Positions 53,986-64,000 of a stretch of 64,000 bases of DNA are shown piece after piece. The stretch's first letter is position 1; each line of letters begins with the position of its first letter. The notes below the pieces were generated by a model. The model did no database searches, had not been told where the DNA came from, and saw only the letters and a list, made by a program, of their open reading frames with translations. Position numbers and translations under genes: made by a program. The stretch lies in the NCBI GenBank assembly GCA_951406725.2, contig OX597827.1, positions 39,122,001-39,186,000 of the forward strand, read 5' to 3'. This DNA comes from Octopus vulgaris. Lineage: Eukaryota.

Positions 53986-55543
53986 CAGTTAGAGAGGTGT
54001 AGAGAGGTAAAAAACCCAATACTATTTGGAAAGTGACCCTTTTTTCATATTCAAAAAGGTATATATTTAACATTAAAAAAAACAAAACAAAAAAAAAAAC
54101 AATATTTAGTCAGAGGAGAGGCAGTGTTCACAACACATTGCAGGCTTTTACAATGTGTTTAAGGTTGGATACCTGTAGTGTGATACATGCAGGCAATGAG
54201 AAGGTGAAACCAACAGGTTGAAACAAAAACAGGGGATGGTAAGTACAAGAGAGATGAAAGCATTTGGACAGAGATAGTATTCAGCTTGCTGTTTCAGAGG
54301 ATCAGAAATCATTATAGTTACAAGTAGAGAGTTTGAGAATAACTGTACATGAACATGGAGATAAAACAGTACAATTTTAGGCTAATGGTTACAATGTTCC
54401 CTTCCCTCTTGAATGAAACTTGGCCAAACAGCTGAAGGGCTTCTTTTGGCCACAATATGTGCTCATGTTTGCATGTGGAGTAGCAGTGCTGCTGCAGATA
54501 TATGGGCAGTACTCTATTGGTTATTCAGGCTTAGCAGTAGATCAACAAATGATTCTCAGTGAACAATTATATTAAAGTGGCAAGTCGGCAGAATTATTAG
54601 CATGCTAGATTATTAGCATGCATTTCATCTGTCTCATGCTCTGAGTTCAATTAAAAGGTTGAAGTCAACTTTACCTTTCACCCTGTTAGGGTTGATGAGA
54701 TAATGAAATAAGTGCCAAATATTAGCACACGCCGGACAAAATTAATAACAACAATCCCTTCCACTATAGGCACAAGGCCTGGAAATTTGGAGGAGTGGTT
54801 AGTTGATTACATTGGTTCCAGTGCTTGACTGGTATTTATTTCATCAACTCCAAAAGAGTGAAGGACAAAGTTGACCTTGGCAGAATTTGAATTCAGAATG
54901 TAAAGATGGATAAAATGTCGCATAGCAGTTTGTCTGGTGTGCTACTGGTTCTGTCAGCTCACCACCTTAATAATAATAGATTTATTTGCTACTAGGGTGA
55001 CGGATAAGGTGGGAGGTGGTGACAATACAAAGACAGATAAAGTATGTCAATTTACATTGAATGAAATAATTAAAATTAAAATAATAATAGGGGGTGTTTA
55101 ATATTCACTTTAGTTTTTTAATTTCTGAAAAATATCTGATGTGAATTAAGACTAAAGAATGAAATTTGCCATCAAAAAATATTTTTGTTTCCTTTATATT
55201 TATTCTATTTCTTTTACAGTTCTACATATTAGCGCTCAGTGAAATCAGCAGTTGAACTGGATAAAAAAAACAAAACGAAACAAAGATCTAATAACAATAC
55301 AGTAATCTCTTGTTGTATTGCATGAGTCAAAGAGAAAAAAGGTGTGATAAAACAACACCTGATGCCAAACTAGCAGAAAATTATTGACATAGATGATTGA
55401 TCAAGAGAGCTACTTAAGAAAACTGTTTTATGCTTTCATTAGTAACATTATTGCAAGATTACTGATAATGATTATTTCTTATGCAAACACCCAATTTCTG
55501 AACATGAACTAGGAGGAAGAAGAAAACAAAAAAAAAAAAGGGA

Positions 55544-55820
55544 TATTATGTACACTGTTTACATTAGTCAGAATGGTGTCCTCATCTATTTTGCTGCTTT
55601 TACTACGTTTTGGCTGTTGTTACACTCCAGCCTTTTTCAGGTGTCTTGTGATTCACCTTAGTAACTTGACTGGTATGAGTTCAATCCCAGGTAAGGCAAA
55701 GCACTGAGGTGAATTGCAAAACACCTGAAAAGGGATAGAGTGTACAACAGCCAAAATGTAGTGAAAACAACAATCAAGATTAGGTCACCAGTCCAAGTAA
55801 TGTAAACAATGTACATAATA
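55544..55820. mobile_element. Palindromic (foldback) Penelope-like relic
   Basis: ~118-bp imperfect inverted arms from tattatgtacactgtttacatta to taatgtaaacaatgtacataata. Confidence 0.7.
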
Positions 55821-55953
55821 CAATTCCTCATCTCAGAAATATAGAATTGGAAAACAAAGGATAGTACACTACTATTCTATTGATTTTTTAAGGTGGTGAG
55901 CTAGCAGAATCATTAGCACATTGGGCAAAATGCTTGGCGGCATTTTGCTTGTA

Positions 55954-56464
55954 CCATAAATCCTCGATTATAGTCCACCCTTGAGTATAATATGCAGGGG
56001 ATTTTTAGGGGGCTGTACCTCTGAAAAACCTAAACCTTGTGTATAATACGCACCCTTTCACTAACTTGAGTCAAGGAGGTCTATATAACGTCCTTGGTTT
56101 GTAAAAATGTATACGGTAACGTCCTTTATTTTTATTGTACATATAACATAATGCATATGTGTAGCTTTTTTGTGCATTTTGTTTACTGAAAATAAAGAAA
56201 CAACAGTAATAACATTTAATAAATGTTGCTTATTGCAAGTTATGGATGATTCTTTTATGACTTCATTGCTTTCAGGCTTAGCTTAAGGTATTTTCGCGCC
56301 TGACAACACAAAATGCGTCTGAATAAACATTGCTGGAGAGCAAATAGAGACTCAGACATTGCTTAGAAAATAATTTTCATTTTTAACCTCATATATAGTA
56401 CGCACTGGGGATTTTAACCTTTAAATTTTGGGGGAAAATGCGGATTATACTCGAGGATTTATGG
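55954..56464. mobile_element. Tc2/pogo-type MITE nested in a family A SINE (about 55890-56610)
   Basis: TIR CCATAAATCCTCGATTATAGTCC / GGATTATACTCGAGGATTTATGG; TA TSD at 55952-55953 and 56465-56466. Confidence 0.9.
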
Positions 56465-57019
56465 TATTTACATTCCGAGTTCAAATGCTGCTGAAGTCAA
56501 CTTTGCCTTTCATCCTTTCAGGGTTGATAAAATAAGTACCAATCAAGAACTGGGGATACTGTAATTTACTTACCCCACCTCCACAACTTGCTGGCCTTGT
56601 GCCAATATTCTACTAACTTGAAAAGTTTTTGCAACAGAAATACAACATTCCAAATCAGTGCTTGAAGAAAACTCAAACAGAAACATTTAGAATTGTAAAA
56701 TATTTGTGCTTGTTTGAGAATACCTTTGAGAATTTCCAGGAGCTGTAGCTTCAACAGAAAGTTTTTTTTTGCAATCTGAAACATTTCGAAACTTTTTCAA
56801 GATCTGCTGTCTCAAACCCATAAATCAAACCCATTAATATTAATGCCCACCAGGAAAAAAAACAAAACAAAACAAAAAACTGAAAAGCTAATTTCATTTG
56901 TTGATTAAATTTAATCTTGTATGAAGAATCTAGTTACCTGGTCATTCTGGTGCACAATGAATAAAACATTTATGAAAGTTCACAAGTAGTTATATTCAGA
57001 TAGCATGAGATTAATCATG

Positions 57020-57185
57020 TTCATCATCATCATCGTTTAACATCCGCTTTCCATGCTAGCATGGGTTGGACGATTGACTGAGGGCTGGCGAACCAGATGG
57101 CTGCACCAGGCCTCAATCTTGATCTGGCAGAGTTTCTACAGCTGGATGCCCTTCCTAACGCCAACCACTCCGAGAGTGTAGTAAT
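57020..57185 (-). mobile_element. Family D retroposon, truncated
   Basis: (cat)n cgtttaac ... cccttcctaacgccaaccactccg. Confidence 0.8.
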
Positions 57186-57237
57186 TATGTGTTCAATTAT
57201 GTCTTTTTCATTTACATATACTAGAACCTGTATACCT

Positions 57238-57427
57238 TACTCTCTTTACTCTCTTTTACTTGTTTCAGTCATTTGACTGCGGCCATGCTGGAGCACCGCC
57301 TTTAGTCGAGCAATTCTTTGAAAGCCCAGTACTTATTCTATCGGTCTCTTTTGCCGAACCGCTAAGTGACGGGGACGTAAACACACCAGCATCGGTTGTC
57401 AAGCGATGTTGGGGGGGCCAAACACAA

Positions 57428-57462
<35 letters not shown>

Positions 57463-57631
57463 CATATATACGACAGGCTTCTTTCAGTTTCCGTCTACCA
57501 AATCCACTCACAAGGCATTGGTCGGCCCGGGGCTATAGCAGAAGACACTTGCCCAAGATGTCACGCAGTGGGACTGAACCTGGAACCATGTAGTTCGTTA
57601 GCAAGCTACTTACCACACAGCCACTCCTGTG
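57238..57631 (-). mobile_element. Family B SINE, young copy
   Basis: Most CpGs retained. Confidence 0.9.
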
Positions 57632-58449
57632 CCTTGTCTATTATTTTATAATTTAATTTTTCTTTTTTTACAAAGAGTGATTAAACTACAACTTAAAAAG
57701 TTTCATGTTTATACAGTTATTTTCACTGCAAAGAATCAAAAGATTTAAGGTCCATTTGAACCACTTCCTCAATTTTGAGAGAAACCACAGCATTTCCCAG
57801 CCTAAGAACAGTCTTGAGTCACCTCACAGGTTCTCTTGAAATTGCAACACATCTGCTTCTATCCTCACACTCCTGCAACCTACTCATCCACACATCATCA
57901 CCTTTTCTCTCATCTTCTTCCTGTATATTTCTTTTCACCTACTCTGTACTCTTAGACAGCACATACTCTCCCTTACCTCCTCTCCAACTCATATTTGTCA
58001 TCCACCACCCCTACTTCAACCCTTGCTCACCATTCTGTATATTTGCTCCACTACCCCTACACAAATCTCTAACTATCCCTCACTCACTCTTGCAACCTCT
58101 AGCCACCCTTCCTCTTGCAACTTGTCACCACCATCCTTATCTCTCTCTGACTCTACCCTAATTACTCCCACCCATTCTTGTATAATACGAGTAGTCATGC
58201 ATCTCTTCTGTAGTAACAAACCTGCCCTGGCCCCATCTTTCAAAAATATGTTGCTTCCCCCTCTAATGTAGTCCAGTTCAGTCTAAAGGGGTTTTAGCTG
58301 GCAACCTCACTAGTGTTGGTGCCATGAAAGAAAAAAAGCACCTTGTACACGCTGTAGAGTGGTTGGCATTAGGAAGAACACTCAGCTTGTAGAAACTGAA
58401 ATTTCTACTGATTGCCACGTTTTCATCATTCGATAGTGTCTATAGTGAC

Positions 58450-60079
58450 CGTTTAGCACCCAGATCAACCCTAACTGAGCAAACCCAAACCTTTGATCAA
58501 GAGTGTTCCAGCAGTGATCGTCAGGATCATATCTTTTGTATATCATACTAACATTGTGCAATGTACAGTAGTCTTTCTTTAAGACGGTAGAATGTGGTTT
58601 AAGAGAGACTTCGTTACTATTTTTAGAGCAGCCTAGCAAACTGCAATACTGATGATAACGAGTGGGATAGACGTTTTCCTTGACGTCCGAGTAGATCTGT
58701 CTATTACATAGTCGAATGATAAATTGAAAAAGAATACGAAGAGAAGACCTAATACGTACAGGAAGAACGGTCGAAATACGTAATAGCAACAGTGTTACGT
58801 ATGTTCCAGCTTCTATGTTTTAAGGTGTGCCGGAAATTTATATTTAAAAAATGTAAATAAAATAAAGTGACAAAATATGGGACAGATTGTCATAAGGAGT
58901 TCCAGCCGTAACCATCCCAACTTATATTTATATATTGTGTCTAGGACTAGTCTTTTTTTTTTACTTATTTTTTTAAAACCTAAGACTGTAGTTTAAGGAA
59001 TATTTGACTGCTATTTTTAGTAAGTCACTTGACCACGTGGATGGTCTAGTTATCCCAAGGCCATCTTGATCAAATATATAGAAAATTGAAGGTGTTCCAG
59101 CTGTGACCAATCCACCCTTTAAAACTACATTATCGTGTGTGAGTGTGTATACATATATATACACACACACATAAAGTTGTGATTTGAGTGGAATTTGACT
59201 GCTATATCTAGCAAGACAAATGACTGCGTAGAAACCCACCACCACTTGATATTGACATGTGGGACAGATTCAAACCAGCGCCAGGAATTAAAAGGAACAT
59301 GCTTCTCAAAGTATGTGGAACTGAAGAAAATTTGAATGGTTTTATTCTATGTAATTTATTTAGAAATAAATTATAGATTGGAAATTCGGCGTTTTTTTCT
59401 TTCTTTCTTTCAGTTGAGCGCGAACGATTTTTTAAATACAAAATTTAAACGTAAATCGATCTAATCGAAGAAGCAACATACGTGTATAAATGATTACAGT
59501 CAGAAAAGTCAACATTCAAAAAGTAACAAACGTGTCACCAATGTTTATAGAGTTGACCAGACCCAGGTTACTCTCGATCGAGCAAACAACCCTGCGATCA
59601 AAGGACATGCCAACCAACCATGGTTGTCATCTTTTTTAAAGGAATATCTAAAGCTACATAATCTCGTGTGTTCTTTTTTTTACCCTTTAGTAGGGTGTAA
59701 TTTGAGGAAGATTTACCAACTATTCCTAGCTAGTTGTGCAAACACGTAGATGCTCCGTCGATACTATAACAGATACTTATGATTGTACCGTCCGTGAGAT
59801 ATAGTGAAAAACGTATTTGATTGTTTATGCATTTGTTATTGTTTAGCCCCCCATGCCAGCATTGACGGAATAGAACTATGATCCAGCCGCATTCCAGCCG
59901 TAACCATCTCATCTTTGTTTTTCAGACAATGTGTATAGAACTACATTTATCCACTGTAGCCTTACTTCTTATTTTAAAGTCAAGTGAGTGTGATTTTGAA
60001 GCAGATTTAGCTGTGTTTTCTAGCAGATCAAGCGACCACGTAGAGGTTATTTCTTTAGATCATAATACTTGCCCGGCAG

Positions 60080-60110
<31 letters not shown>

Positions 60111-60860
60111 TTTGTGTATATACTACACACAAAATGAATGGATGATAGTTAAAGATTAATCTTTTTCGTGTGGAATATGTGAAACGATAAAGATAAATAT
60201 TCCTCGTTGTTTAGCCACAGGTCAACGGTGACCGCTTTATCGTATCTAGGTCTACACAGCATCCTTCCTTTTGTTCTTGTTTAACACTTAAAAAAAAAAT
60301 CCGTAAAGCTATGAGTTAAGGGATATTTTGATCCTTTTAGTAATAGTACGAACGACCCCACGCACAGCTTCCCTCTTTGTTTAACTGATCAATTTCTTGG
60401 CTCCAATAAAATGTTCCTTCAGCATCAACAAGCATTTAAAAAAAAGCAACAAATTTATCAACCTTTGAGAGACGAAAACAGTTATATTATACCATTCTCT
60501 GAGCAAGTTTTTCTTTTTTTATTATTTTCTTTCTGAGAGTCGGTAAAACTTAGCGTTTAACATATACGGATGTAAACACTATTATAAAGCTTAGCTTTAA
60601 TCCCTGGGTAATAAGCACCTCGTCGTTACAGGCCTATTTTCCCCTTCTCATTTTACCGGAGTCGATAAAATAAACAAATAAATACTAGACAAGTCAACGA
60701 GAGAGCATCAGCGTGGTCGTCTAATCTGCCAGAAATAGCAGCCAAGTCTTCTTCAAATAACAATTTTAAAATAATGTGGTCTTCTGTACATAGGAAAAAG
60801 ACTGGAATACCTATGATTATAGACCTGCCCAATTTCGGCTGCCCCGGGCTAAGTAGCAAC
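58450..60860. repeat. Cluster of an old ~200-bp interspersed repeat (family E)
   Basis: Recurring gatcaaagg..ttccagccgtgaccatccc ... gatttg.ctgctatttctagc motif; other copies near 5130, 32000, 39780, 40160, 40940, 45990, 49120. Confidence 0.65.
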
Positions 60861-60970
60861 CAATAAGTTCTAAGCCAATATATTCAACTAATCTCTCCTG
60901 GAAAATGTATAACTTCTATGATGTTAAGAAATCAATTCTCCCCGATTTAACATTAAAACATTCCAGGATC

Positions 60971-60973
<3 letters not shown>

Positions 60974-61017
<44 letters not shown>
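60974..61017. repeat. (TA)n microsatellite
   Basis: Pure TA run. Confidence 0.95.
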
Positions 61018-61020
<3 letters not shown>

Positions 61021-61499
61021 GTAAATAACAGTTATATACTGAGGTCGACACTTGCAACTTTTCATATTTATCAATGCTAGAAATCATTATTAGTACTGTC
61101 ACGTTAGCAAACAGGTTTTTGGAATTAGCTTGTTATTGGCATTCCTGGCAATACAGGATGTCAATACCTTCTTAGTACCCTACTTCAACCGCATGCAGTT
61201 AAGGGCTTCATAGGGAGAAGAAAAGGCAAAAATATACTTCTTTCAAATTGCTAAAGAATGGCTGGAATGATTGGAGCGTGGTACTTGAGTTATTAAGTAC
61301 TTAAGGTTAAATACCCAAGACGATTGGTACCGCTCATTTGCACTGTGCTCTTTGAAAGAGACCCCTACTGATGTTACCCAACGACGCTCTAATGATGATA
61401 AAGGAAGGTTTTGGGGTTAATATACTTTACGTTAAATCCACAAATGAGACATGAATGAATTCAAAGAGCCAGTCTTTAACGGTGTAACAGAATTAATAA

Positions 61500-61880
61500 T
61501 AATGATTCTTTCTCATTTTGGCAGAAGGCCAGCGATTTTAGGGGGGGAGAAGTTAGACGATTACATTTACCCCAGCATTTGACAGGTACTTTATCTTATC
61601 GATCCCGAAAAGATGAAAGGCAAAATTGACCTCGGTGCGATTTGAACTCAGAATACAAAGAGACCGGAAAAATGCCGCTAAACATTTTGTGCGACGCGCT
61701 AATGATTCTGCCAGTTAGCTGTAATAATAAAAATGATTTCTAACATAGGCACAAGGCCACACATATTGAGGGAAGGTATAATCGATTAAATCAACATCAG
61801 TATGTGACTGGCACTCTTATATCGACAATGGAAGAATGAAAACCGAAGTCGATCTGGAAAAGATTTGAACTCGGGGCGTC
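61500..61880 (-). mobile_element. Family A SINE plus a partial second copy
   Basis: Head/core/tail motifs with CpGs retained. Confidence 0.85.
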
Positions 61881-62129
61881 ACAGTTGGGAACAGACTTTA
61901 CAGGAGGTGTATCATGCTTGGATGAAATAAATAAATCTAGTAAAATCTCTCTCGTGTCACCGAAGATTCGAGTTCTCATGTCATTTTTGCTCTGCATTCT
62001 GGATTCTCTTTTAACTGTAGTTAGGGCCAGACAGAGTTTTAAACAAGTTTGCTATTTGCTTTTTTTTTTTTTTGCTGGAATGTAAGAGTTAACCCAACTC
62101 AATCCGTAAATCACCCCTGCCAAAATATC

Positions 62130-62156
62130 TTTATCGTGTTAAGTATAATGCTTGTG

Positions 62157-62197
<41 letters not shown>

Positions 62198-62665
62198 TAG
62201 TTATCTGATAGCTAATATGTTGTATGTAATAATAAATACATTCAAAATTCCGTAAATACACACCCTGTCGTATAGAATATATTACTTGGATATATAATAA
62301 TAATCAGCTGTCTATAGGGTGAGTTAATAATACCTTGTGTATAACAGATGCGCTTAAAATACTTTGTCGGAAACCCTTATCGAGTATGAATACTGTCTGG
62401 GGTATATAGTAGTATAAGAAGCTATCCATAGGGTTAGCTAATAAATAATTTGTGTATAATAATTATTTTTTAGATACTTGGTGAAAAATCCTTATTGTAT
62501 AAAGTATATTGTTTGTGTATGTGTATCATATACACATTCATACTAACAGTGTTAGCTAATAATACATTTGGTATAATAATACAAACCCTTAACGGATAAA
62601 GTGCACAGCTTGAGTATGTATCTCACATACAAACATATAATAATAAAATGTCTTAGCTAATATCA
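62130..62665. repeat. Degenerate ~110-120-bp tandem repeat (4-5 units) in the 5' part of intron 1
   Basis: Anchor (t/g)agctaata near 62210, 62320, 62435, 62552, 62655, with aaaccctta.cg.. motifs in between. Confidence 0.65.
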
Positions 62666-62959
62666 TGAGTATATTGAATAAAAAAATTGAAAAATTAATG
62701 AATTCTGTCGCAAAACATTAAGTCTACAAGTGGGAGTGTATACAAACACGTTGTAATCAAAAAGAAAAAAAGACCCCACTATTACTACCAGCACAGAAGG
62801 AAAAACGAAAGTTGAGATGAATTGTAGTAAAGAGCATCGTCTGCTTAAAGTGTTTGGTCGATTGATGTTGACCCCCGTCCGATCTTGTTGACTGGGACTC
62901 CGGTGTTTGGTGTTGGAACGAATCGAAGGGCGCAAAAATGACAAACTAAGTTAACTCAC

Positions 62960-63109
62960 CTGAAATATTTTCAGTAGTAGCTTCACATATCTCTTCCTGA
63001 CGCCCAGGGACTTACCAAGAGAAGCGAGTACTATAACAGTGAATAAGATTAATATCATAGGAAGAACGAGGACAGATAGAACGGCCAACAGTAAGTGTTC
63101 TTGCTCCAT
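62960..63109 (-). CDS. GPAT3/GPAT4: GPAT3/4-type glycerol-3-phosphate acyltransferase, coding exon 1 (N-terminal hydrophobic segment)
   Basis: ATG at 63109; MEQEHLLLAVLSVLVLPMILILFTVIVLASLGKSLGVRKRYVKLLLKIFQ resembles the GPAT3/4 N-terminus (SLG.R..Y.K.LLKIF); donor CAG|GTGAGT; 150 nt, phase 0. Confidence 0.93.
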
Positions 63110-63740
63110 AGGGGATCCGTGAAATGTGAACGTCTCCAACAACACCAACACTACAAACAGCAGCAGCAGTAGCACCACCACCACATCTACCAATGAACTT
63201 CTACTCGCAAAGTCAAGGTCTTTTGTGTTTTTTCTTTTCTTTTATTCTTTTCTTTCCTTTTTCCTTCTTCTTCAAAATTTTGAATTCGTTTGTTTTTGTA
63301 AGATAATATTGCTTTTTCTCTCCGTTTATGAATTAAAAAAAATTGTTTAAATAAATTTTATGCTTTTTTTTTTCCGGAATATATACTTTAAATATTTCGG
63401 AAATAAATAAATTATTAACGCTACATTTTTAAAGAGAGACAGAATATATAAAAGACAAATAAAGCTGTTACGAAAGTCACGTTTAGAAAATAACACAATG
63501 TTTGATAATTATAACGTCTTCGAGAGTAGAACTTGTTCGTTATTTAATCGGCTCTCATAGAATAACGGTGTGAGTGTTGTAGTTCTCGCAGTCGTCGTGG
63601 TGATTATTGTTGTTTGTAACTATTATATTTTGGTTGTACTGCCGGTTAAACACCTTTTTCTTTTCTTTTCTTTTTTTAACCAAGACAGAAAGCAGTGACC
63701 GTGAACTGTTACAGGGCCTCCGAGACTGGTGTAAGTATCC
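63110..63740 (-). promoter_or_regulatory. 5' UTR and probable promoter region of the GPAT gene (CpG-retaining)
   Basis: Lies immediately upstream of the ATG, lacks recognisable transposons, and has many CpGs relative to the gene body; TSS not determinable. Confidence 0.5.
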
Positions 63741-64000
63741 TCAAACCGAAAACCTGGTCCAAGTTTGTAGATACATTATGCTTAAATAAAATGAAGAGTG
63801 GTCAGTGCTTGCAACAAAGTGAACCTCGGTACAGTGGTGGTGTTAAACCGGATGACGGGTTAAGTCTCCCAATTTGAGCTGGTCATGGTGGTATTTGAAC
63901 GCAGGACGCAAAGAGCCGAAACAAGTATCGCAAAGCATCCAGCCCGACGTTTTTGTTACCATACCAATCCATCGCTCGAGTCAAAGTTCACTCGGCAGGA

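Noticed and set aside
58640-58800. ctgatga and ggtcGAAAtacgta words
   Set aside because: Too far apart with no convincing stems; at most a very decayed relic
63110-63193. N-terminal extension MVDVVVVLLLL of ORF 62951-63193
   Set aside because: Starts at TTG in simple repeats; the first in-frame ATG at 63109 fits the family N-terminus

Overview
AT-rich, repeat-dense eukaryotic DNA. The SINE families point to a cephalopod, probably Octopus (inference). One protein-coding gene spans the whole window on the minus strand: a microsomal glycerol-3-phosphate acyltransferase (GPAT3/GPAT4, AGPAT9/AGPAT6 family). I traced ten coding exons by hand from the ATG at 63109 down to position 68 (923 nt). All introns are GT-AG with consistent phases, and the protein carries the NHTSPID (HX4D) and WFERSE motifs. 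The gene continues past the left edge. Introns are filled with at least four SINE-like families, CR1-, RTE- and Tx1-like LINE relics, a mariner fragment, piggyBac-, hAT- and Tc2/pogo-type MITEs, Helitron/Helentron-like elements, Penelope-like relics and microsatellites. Most ORFs in the supplied track are spurious. The most notable unexplained signals are hammerhead-ribozyme-like motifs (one nearly intact, two inside a palindrome), a tandem array derived from an exon's splice acceptor, a Trp/Cys-rich uORF, a long inverted SINE hairpin, and a sharp CpG gradient at the 5' end. I cannot claim a new system with confidence. Repeat boundaries are approximate unless terminal repeats or target-site duplications (TSDs) are quoted.
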